A stretch of 49,369 nucleotides of DNA from a virus (taxonomy: Duplodnaviria; Caudoviricetes), in IMG/VR virus record IMGVR_UViG_3300037760_000117, positions 1-49,369 of that record; one strand, 5' to 3'. The notes beneath the pieces are model-generated. The model saw only the letters and a program-made list of their open reading frames with translations, made no database searches and was not told the origin of the DNA. This document shows, piece after piece, positions 42,766-49,369 of the stretch (position 1 is its first letter; every line of letters begins with the position of its first letter). The translations under genes and the position numbers were made by a program.

Positions 42766-43373
42766 GGGAACCGGGTCACCGCGAACGTGGCCTCGCGGCC
42801 GACCTTCGCCGTACGCCGCACCTCCGGGTTCGCGAGCACGCCACGAGCCGCGAGCTCGTCGACGAGCTGCATCACCTCCGGGAACTTGGCCTGGTAGTCG
42901 TCGATCACCAACGTCGCCCCCGGGGCCAGGCGTGGCCCCCACGCGTCCAGGTCGCCGGACAACCCGGCGCGGGTGTGGTCGCCGTCGACGAACAGCAGCC
43001 CCACCGGCGGCCCCGCCCAGCCGGCGGCAACCTCGGTCGAGAAGCCACGCACCAGGGTGACGATCTCGCTGAGCCCATGCCTGGCCACCGACCGATCCGC
43101 GGTCTGCCGGATCTCCGGCGCGGTGAACGACCGTGACGTCTTCACATAGGCATGCCGGGCGCCGGGCAGGTCCCACGGGTCCACCGCGGTCACGTGCGCG
43201 CCGCAGCCGCTCCTCGCGCCGGCACCCAGGTAGCACGCGGTCCGGCCCTTGTACACGCCGACCTCGACGATCGCACGGTCGGCGGGCACCTGCCCGGCCA
43301 GGCTGGCCAAGTAGCGGCACAGGTCATGCGGGGTATACCCCGGCACGTCCAGGTGCATGGGCGGTGCGGTCAC
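42762..43373 (-). CDS. Class I SAM-dependent methyltransferase (Methyltransf_24-like, probable O-methyltransferase)
   Basis: IVEVGVYKGRT, AVDPW, LLFVDGDH, L.PGATLVIDDY. Confidence 0.85.
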   Translation of the reverse strand: MTAPPMHLDVPGYTPHDLCRYLASLAGQVPADRAIVEVGVYKGRTACYLGAGARSGCGAHVTAVDPWDLPGARHAYVKTSRSFTAPEIRQTADRSVARHGLSEIVTLVRGFSTEVAAGWAGPPVGLLFVDGDHTRAGLSGDLDAWGPRLAPGATLVIDDYQAKFPEVMQLVDELAARGVLANPEVRRTAKVGREATFAVTRFP

Positions 43374-43723
43374 TGGTCGTCGCCGCGGTGGCTGCGCTTG
43401 TGCGCCGCCAACCCCGCCGGCGACTTGGCCGTAGCCTCGCAGCCCGGCTCGTCGCAGGCGTACTCCGCCGGCGGCGGGCTGACCGGCGGCGGGACCACCG
43501 TCCGCAGCTCGCCCGGTACGGCGGTCGCCTGCTCCACCGGCGCCTCACGGCGGCCGCGGCGCGTCGGCGCCGGGTAGTGCACCCGCATCGGCTCGAACAG
43601 CTTCCCGTGCTTGGCCAGCATGTCGCTGCCCTCCTCCGCCACGGTCACACCACGGCGGATCGCGTGCCGGCGACCATCCAGCATCACCTGCCCCGACTGC
43701 CGCGCCACATGCAGATCACTCAC
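43370..43723 (-). CDS. Post-capsid protein with a C-terminal C2H2 zinc finger
   Basis: AAGGAG RBS, VEQATAVPGE.R motif, C-x4-C-x12-H-x3-H. Confidence 0.7.
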   Translation of the reverse strand: MSDLHVARQSGQVMLDGRRHAIRRGVTVAEEGSDMLAKHGKLFEPMRVHYPAPTRRGRREAPVEQATAVPGELRTVVPPPVSPPPAEYACDEPGCEATAKSPAGLAAHKRSHRGDDQ

Positions 43724-43747
43724 AACGTCTCCTTGGATGGTGGTGGC

Positions 43748-43787
43748 GGATGCCGGCCGACGCCACCACCAGCGTCGGCCGGCATCC
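43748..43787. terminator. Hairpin after the major capsid gene
   Basis: GGATGCCGGCCGACGC / GCGTCGGCCGGCATCC 16-bp stem. Confidence 0.6.
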
Positions 43788-43798
43788 ACGGGCGGGAA

Positions 43799-45244
43799 TC
43801 AGGACTCGTCGTCGGTCAGCACGCGGAACGCGTTGTCCACCAGGATCTTGGTGGAGTTGCGCCACCGGGCGTAGATGCCCCGCTGACCGGTCGGGAACCG
43901 GCGGGTCGCGCCGAACAGGTGCGGCACCAGCTCCACGCTCATGCCCACCCGGTCGACGATCAAGTACTGCTGGAAGTCGCCCAGGATCAGGTACCGGCCG
44001 GTGGCCGTGTTCGGCATCGCCGACGCCCGGTAGGCCGGGTAGCCGATCAGCTCCGGCGGCTGCCCCTCACCGAGGCGCACCCACAGATCCGCACCGCCCT
44101 GGGTGTCGAACTGCCGCACCAGGTTGTAGATGGACCGGTTCGCCAGCCACGCCGCGCGGGCCAGGAACCGCTCACCCAGGCCGTTGTCGCCGGCCTCCAT
44201 GTCGTACAGGTCCTGGCTCGTGAAGGAAGCCCCGCCGGGCACCTCGCTGGCCGCGGCCAGCCCGGCGGCGATGCCGTCCGGGGTGTGCCCGCCACCGGAG
44301 ATCAGCGACCCGTCGCCGTTGACGAAGCTGTCCGCCTCCTCGTTGTCCTTCCCGTCCTGAATCAGCCGGGTCAGCTGCGTCTGCAGCTGCCGCCAGTCCA
44401 TGTCCAGGTCCATCGAGAACGGCACGAACGCGTGGACAGCCGAAGGCCGGACCACCGGCTGGACGAACGCCGGGCTGTCGTCCTCGGCCTCCTCCACCTC
44501 TGGCGTACGACTCACCTCGATGCCCTCCGAGGTCAGGCCCTGCCACTCCTTGCCGACGGTCATCTCCACCCGCGAGATCTGCCGCAGCGGGTTGCTCGAC
44601 CCGTCCGAGGACAGGATGACGCTCGGGTCGAGGTCGAACGGCACCGCGTAGCCGCCGGCCGGGTCCGACTGCACCGACAGCGCCCGCTGCTCCTCGTTGG
44701 ACAGGCCCTGCGTGGACAGCGCTGCCACCGCCTTGCCGAACGCCCGCTGGTACACCGGCGAACCGGTCTGCATGATCCGCCGGGCGAGCGTGCCCTGCTC
44801 GTCGTCGAGCGTCTCCAGCAGCTCCGTCGCCCGCTCCTGCGCGGCCGCCTTGCGCTGACCGGGGTACCGACCCCGCTCGATGACCCGCTTCGCGTTGTCG
44901 TGCAGCCGGTCGCGGAAGTCGTCCTCGCTGGCCGCGGCGAACCGGGCCGCCGACACGTCGAAGATGTCGTCCGTGCGCTGCTTGACGAAGCTCGGCACGC
45001 CGTTGTCGGCGCGCTGCGTACTGCCCGGGCTGCCGGCCAGCGCCTGCAGCCGCTCCTTGCGTCGGCGCACCTCCGCCACCGTCGCGGCGTGCTCGTCGCG
45101 CTCGGCGTTCAGGTCGTTCCACTCCTGCCGAACCTGGTCCGGCATCAGCGAGTTGTCGTACTCCTCGTCGATCTCCGCGATCCGCGCGTCGATCTCGGCG
45201 ATGCGCTCCTCGCGCTCTTCCAGAGTGCTCACGTGCGTGGGCAT
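43799..45244 (-). CDS. Major capsid protein, HK97 fold with N-terminal delta domain
   Basis: Coiled-coil N-terminus, GGYAVP, NPLRQI, F.NGDG, L.GYP, GDF.QYLIVDRVG, NAFRVL. Confidence 0.93.
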   Translation of the reverse strand: MPTHVSTLEEREERIAEIDARIAEIDEEYDNSLMPDQVRQEWNDLNAERDEHAATVAEVRRRKERLQALAGSPGSTQRADNGVPSFVKQRTDDIFDVSAARFAAASEDDFRDRLHDNAKRVIERGRYPGQRKAAAQERATELLETLDDEQGTLARRIMQTGSPVYQRAFGKAVAALSTQGLSNEEQRALSVQSDPAGGYAVPFDLDPSVILSSDGSSNPLRQISRVEMTVGKEWQGLTSEGIEVSRTPEVEEAEDDSPAFVQPVVRPSAVHAFVPFSMDLDMDWRQLQTQLTRLIQDGKDNEEADSFVNGDGSLISGGGHTPDGIAAGLAAASEVPGGASFTSQDLYDMEAGDNGLGERFLARAAWLANRSIYNLVRQFDTQGGADLWVRLGEGQPPELIGYPAYRASAMPNTATGRYLILGDFQQYLIVDRVGMSVELVPHLFGATRRFPTGQRGIYARWRNSTKILVDNAFRVLTDDES

Positions 45245-45249
45245 CTCGG

Positions 45250-46209
45250 CTACCTCCCTGATTGCGTACTGAATTGGGGCTGCGGGAGGTACCAATCGGC
45301 GGCCTCCGTGAGGTAGTCCGAGTGGCGCTGCACCGGCTCGGGCTTGGGCTCCCGAGTGGCCACGGGGGCCGGCTCGGGTGAAGTCTCGGGTTCGCCGGTC
45401 GGGGCCGGCTCCGGGTCGTCGGCGGGAGCGGCGCGCTGCGCCAGCACCTCCACCAGCTCAGGGAACGTATCGGCGATCTCGTCGGCCAACGCCCGGCGGG
45501 CGTCGCCATCGAACACGCCGAGGTGCCGCCGGATGCACCGGGCATCCAGGCCGAACTGCGCGATCACACCCCGCAGAGCGACCGCGTTGCGGCGGAACGG
45601 CGACTCCGAACGCACACCCACGCTGGTCTGGTCGTAGGCGGGGAACACCACCGGGCCCAGCTCGAACAGCTGAACCTCGGTGATCTCACGCCGGATCGGG
45701 CCACGGTCGCCCGGATCCTCCAGCAGCCCGGACAGCTCGTCGTCCTTGACCCGCTTGCCGTCGGCGTCCACCCACCGGTCCTGCAGCACCCGGAATTTGA
45801 ACGACATGCCCCGGATGGCCTGGCCTTCGATGGCCTGTCGGATCGGCTCCACCAGGTCGTTGTCGAACAGCCCGGCGCGGACGAACAGGCCCTCGTCGTC
45901 CTCGTGAAGGTCCTCGATGGCGCCGATCGGCGTAGAGCCGGTGCGCTTGTCGTTGCCGTGGTCGAACTGCATCACCGGGGTCCGCTCACGCAACGTCTTG
46001 CGGAACGCGCCGCGCTTCACGACCTCCTCGAAGTCGCCGGCGTACGACTCGATGGTCGTCGGCTGGTCGAACACCGCCGCGTAGCCCTCCAGCGTCCGCC
46101 CGTCGGACGGCTCCCCGCCAGGCTCCACCGCGGCACGGAACTCGAACGTGCCCACGCGGACCTGCGACCGCAGCACCTGCCGCGGGTCAACCTCGGTGAT
46201 CGTGCTCAT
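45250..46209 (-). CDS. HK97-type prohead maturation protease
   Basis: LEGYAAVFD, GAFRKTL, FDH, EDDEGL, GMSFKF, LFELGPVVFPAY. Confidence 0.92.
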   Translation of the reverse strand: MSTITEVDPRQVLRSQVRVGTFEFRAAVEPGGEPSDGRTLEGYAAVFDQPTTIESYAGDFEEVVKRGAFRKTLRERTPVMQFDHGNDKRTGSTPIGAIEDLHEDDEGLFVRAGLFDNDLVEPIRQAIEGQAIRGMSFKFRVLQDRWVDADGKRVKDDELSGLLEDPGDRGPIRREITEVQLFELGPVVFPAYDQTSVGVRSESPFRRNAVALRGVIAQFGLDARCIRRHLGVFDGDARRALADEIADTFPELVEVLAQRAAPADDPEPAPTGEPETSPEPAPVATREPKPEPVQRHSDYLTEAADWYLPQPQFSTQSGR

Positions 46210-47618
46210 GCCCTGCTACCTCCGAGCAGCGCCGCACGGGCGCCGTCCTGGTCTCCGTTGCCGTTCGGGGTCGGACTGGCCGGCTCGGCGCCGGGTTCTT
46301 GAAGCTGAACCGAAAGCATCCCGGTGTGCCGGAGGCGTCCCCAGTCCTCGGCCTGTACCGCGGCGATCGCCGACTCGGCAGTGAACCCGTCACGGACCAG
46401 CGCGGTGATGGTCTGCGCCTCCTTGGACTGCACATCCGCCGCGTCCTGCGCGTCCATGTGCAAGAACGGGATGCCCTTGGTGGCGAACCACAGCGCCGCG
46501 CCGCCGTCCGGCCGTCGCACGATCGTCTCCAGGCTCGCCGCGGCGTTCGCCCACAGATGCTGCAGCGTCCCGTCCGACAGCCGCCGCCTGGCCGCCGTGA
46601 AGTTGCCGGCGTTCAACGCCGAACCCTGCAAGCCCTCGGAGAACCCGACCCAGCTCGGCGGGACACCGGCGGCCGACGCCAGCCTGGCCTCGCCCTTGCC
46701 CTGCGTCACCGCGAACTCCAGCTGGGCGAAGTCCTTGCCGATGACCGTCGCATCGGCTCCGCCGCCCAGGAAGAGTGTCTTGTAGGCGTTTTCCCAGCCG
46801 CGGTGCTCCGCCTCGAAGACTTCCTTGAACTCCTTGACCGCAGCCAGCGTCACCGCCGGGTCAAACTTCACCACCACGTTCGGCGTCGCCGCATTCCGCA
46901 TGAAGGCACGCTTGTGGTCGGTCATCAACGAGTCCGCCGAGACGTCGCGGATTGCCGGCGTGATCCACGACATGCCCAGGAAGATGGCGTCCGGGTCCGG
47001 CAACGGGGCGTAGTGCGCGATCTCATCCGGCAGAAACGTCGTCATCTCGCCATTCGGCGGCTTGTAGGCGTACCCGAGCAGCTCCACGTCATCGGCCTGC
47101 GCCGGATGGTCCACGTCCGTGTCCGAGCCCAGGACGACGTACATCCACTGCGGCCTGAGCGGCACCAGCCGATCCCCGCCGCCGCCATCCGGTCGGCGGT
47201 CGCGGCGGATCCGGCGGATGTACGCGTTGCCGGCGGTGGTGACGTCGACTTCCATGCGGGCGAGCAGGTCCGCGGTGGTCCCGCCGGGCCACGGCCGCTC
47301 CAGCACCGCAAGGTCGCCCGACCCGAACAGGTCCGTAGGCGCGCCCCGCTCGAACCGGGTCCACTGAAACCGGGCCTGGCTGAACACCTGTAGCCGGGCC
47401 AGCATCAGCGCGAACACGATCCCGTTGGACTTGGTGACGTGGTTCAGCGTCGACCCGATGGACTCCTCAGTGAGGTTGCCCATGCTGGTGTTGAGGAACG
47501 GGTATGCGGTGCCGTTGAACGTGAACAGGTCGGCAAAGTCCTGCATCGACAGGGACGAGTCTCTGCCCTCTGTGCCGGTGGCGCGCTGGCGCCCCAGCAG
47601 CCTCCGCCACCAGCTCAT
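46206..47618 (-). CDS. Portal protein
   Basis: GNAY, LVPLRP, GMSW, NAATP and AGVPPS motifs. Between terL and the protease. Confidence 0.92.
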   Translation of the reverse strand: MSWWRRLLGRQRATGTEGRDSSLSMQDFADLFTFNGTAYPFLNTSMGNLTEESIGSTLNHVTKSNGIVFALMLARLQVFSQARFQWTRFERGAPTDLFGSGDLAVLERPWPGGTTADLLARMEVDVTTAGNAYIRRIRRDRRPDGGGGDRLVPLRPQWMYVVLGSDTDVDHPAQADDVELLGYAYKPPNGEMTTFLPDEIAHYAPLPDPDAIFLGMSWITPAIRDVSADSLMTDHKRAFMRNAATPNVVVKFDPAVTLAAVKEFKEVFEAEHRGWENAYKTLFLGGGADATVIGKDFAQLEFAVTQGKGEARLASAAGVPPSWVGFSEGLQGSALNAGNFTAARRRLSDGTLQHLWANAAASLETIVRRPDGGAALWFATKGIPFLHMDAQDAADVQSKEAQTITALVRDGFTAESAIAAVQAEDWGRLRHTGMLSVQLQEPGAEPASPTPNGNGDQDGARAALLGGSRA

Positions 47619-47628
47619 CAGACTCCCA

Positions 47629-49083
47629 TCAGGTCAGTGCGAACGGTGCGAACGTGGCCGACTGCACCCGCGGCGTGGCCAGGCCCCACAGCGCCAGCGA
47701 CACAGCCACCAACGGGCAAATGTCCACGCTGACCGAACGCCGGTCCCACGCCCAGCCGTCGCCCAGGCCACGCTTCGTGGCACCGGCCACCGCGGCGGTC
47801 ACCTCCGGCTGGCCCAGATGCCACACGTCCGGCTCGGACCCGGCAACACCGTCGAACAGCATGTTCGCCGCGCTGGCCATGTCACCCGAGCCGGCGCGGT
47901 ACACCTCGAGCTTCGCCTGCTCGGCCGCATCGGCCAGCGCCCGGTCGGACGTGACCACCACACACGGTCGGTGCTTCTCCACCAGCTTGCTCAGCCGGTC
48001 GACCACCCAACCAGTCCCCGGCCGGTGCTCCACGAGCTCCGCCGCCCGACCACCGGCGGTCCGTCCCGATGCGGCGATCGCCGACCACGTTCGGTCCGGG
48101 GTCACGTCCACCGCGAGCGCCACCGGATCCTCGAGCTTCACCCGCGGCGACTGCATCGCCAACCAGGCGGCCTCTTTGATGACCTGCCACTTCGGGACGC
48201 CGTCCTCCGGCCAGATCCCCAGCCCCTCGCGCAGGAAGTCTTCTGCCGAGAGCAGCTTCTTCAAACGCCGAATCGCCCGCGCCGGAGTCCGCTTGGGATA
48301 CGACGGGTTGGCCTTCGACCACTGGGCCCGGTCGTCCGGGTCCGCGTCCGCATCGGCGGACAGCTCCACGTACAGCACGTCGCTGGACTCGCCCGACAGC
48401 GCCTCCTGCCGCAGCCGGACGAACACATCGCTCGGGTCGGTCGGCTTCGGCGGCGTACCCATCAGCACGATCAGCGGGTTCGCGGCCTGGTTGGTCGTCG
48501 GCACCAGGTCCGACAGCGCCACCTCGGTCAGGATCTGCGCCTCATCCAGCACCAGCATCCCGACCTTCGTGAACCCGCGGATCGCGCCGCGCTCCCTGGC
48601 GGCGAACACGATCCGCGAGCCGTTGCGGAACGGGATGCACTCGTTGCCCGCGCCAGTCGTGATGTCGTCATAGTCGATGTGCGGGGCGAGCAGCGGACTC
48701 TTCGCCCAGGCGCGCATCTCGTTGAACGACTCCCGCGACACCTTGAACCGGTGCGCCGTCCACACCACCGTCAGATTGGGGATCGCAATGCACAGCGCAA
48801 ACGCCACAGCCCCGACGTCCCACGTCTTCCCCACCTGCCGGGGAATGGACAGTACCGCCGTGTCGGCTGCATAGAGGCCGGTGGCGTCCTTGGCGAGCAG
48901 GCACTTGTTTAGATCCTGCTGCCACTGATCGAACTCGATACCGATACTCCGGCAGGTCTCCCGCACAGAAGGGAACCCGGAGGAGCGGATCCCCGCCGGC
49001 AGAATCAGATGGCGTGCCTCAGGTAGCAGTCCACTGTTCGTCTGGGGTTGCGGCTGCTGAGCCAACCTCACCCTCCTGGTCAT
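47629..49083 (-). CDS. terL: Terminase large subunit (start codon uncertain)
   Basis: Walker A IPRQVGKT, Walker B LVLDEAQ, MGTPP, ANPS, nuclease AVDV, DICPLVA. Confidence 0.93.
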   Translation of the reverse strand: MTRRVRLAQQPQPQTNSGLLPEARHLILPAGIRSSGFPSVRETCRSIGIEFDQWQQDLNKCLLAKDATGLYAADTAVLSIPRQVGKTWDVGAVAFALCIAIPNLTVVWTAHRFKVSRESFNEMRAWAKSPLLAPHIDYDDITTGAGNECIPFRNGSRIVFAARERGAIRGFTKVGMLVLDEAQILTEVALSDLVPTTNQAANPLIVLMGTPPKPTDPSDVFVRLRQEALSGESSDVLYVELSADADADPDDRAQWSKANPSYPKRTPARAIRRLKKLLSAEDFLREGLGIWPEDGVPKWQVIKEAAWLAMQSPRVKLEDPVALAVDVTPDRTWSAIAASGRTAGGRAAELVEHRPGTGWVVDRLSKLVEKHRPCVVVTSDRALADAAEQAKLEVYRAGSGDMASAANMLFDGVAGSEPDVWHLGQPEVTAAVAGATKRGLGDGWAWDRRSVSVDICPLVAVSLALWGLATPRVQSATFAPFALT

Positions 49084-49318
49084 CGGCGTCGATCGCCTCG
49101 ATATCCCTGGCGATTTCCAGCAGCCGTCGGGACAGCGCGGCCAGATCCCGCGGTGGCGTGTTCGGGTCCTCCACCGTCTGGGCGATACGAGCCCGCAGAG
49201 CCACCAGAAGATCCCGCCGGTCGCCGTCCTGGGCAGCCGTGGTGACCTTCAGCGGCTTCTTCCGGCGGGTGGGCTCGCCAGGCTTGACCACGCGCAGCCG
49301 CCTCGCGGGGGCGGTCAT
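49019..49318 (-). CDS. terS: Terminase small subunit
   Basis: GDRRDLLVALRARIA......TPPRDLAALSRRLLEI, GGAGG RBS, precedes terL. Confidence 0.8.
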   Translation of the reverse strand: MTAPARRLRVVKPGEPTRRKKPLKVTTAAQDGDRRDLLVALRARIAQTVEDPNTPPRDLAALSRRLLEIARDIEAIDADDQEGEVGSAAATPDEQWTAT

Positions 49319-49369
49319 GGGCTACCTCCCGTGAGGTGGTTAAAACACCGTGTGTGTAAGCGACATGGC

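Larger units (their letters stand above)
1..49369. mobile_element. Near-complete or complete temperate siphophage genome, actinobacterial host likely
   Basis: Contiguous packaging, head, tail, lysis, integrase/repressor and replication modules with no host genes. The window edges fall between HNH and terS, where cos ends normally lie. WhiB and very high GC point to Actinomycetota. Confidence 0.93.

Overview
Very GC-rich sequence that reads as an essentially complete genome of a temperate actinobacterial siphophage. It runs from the packaging-associated HNH gene at the left edge to the small terminase at the right edge, and almost all genes are on the minus strand. Read from the right end: (1) terminases, portal, HK97-type protease and capsid; (2) a methyltransferase and two glycosyltransferases plus fibre-like genes inserted between the capsid and neck genes; (3) neck and tail genes, with a -1 frameshifted chaperone pair, tape measure, a second tail-tube paralogue, a large tail-tip protein and three tandem paralogous putative receptor-binding proteins; (4) an amidase endolysin with many small membrane proteins; (5) a central accessory/immunity region at about 19.3-25.3 kb; (6) the early operon (Dam-like methylase, WhiB, HNH-AP2, RecE/RecT, clamp-like protein, RuvC-like resolvase, replication initiator). 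The most unusual elements are in the central region and the head-neck insert. They are a divergent switch with four GTCTAG-N6-CTAGAC operators linking a small HTH gene to three small acidic genes (anti-defence-like), a solitary type I-E CRISPR-repeat-like 29-mer next to it, a sortase-anchored (LPTTG) surface protein with a ComEA-like HhH domain, and a probable virion-glycosylation module. All calls are by-eye motif recognition. No database searches were run, start codons were chosen from RBS or stop/start overlaps, and the host genus cannot be determined from the sequence alone.
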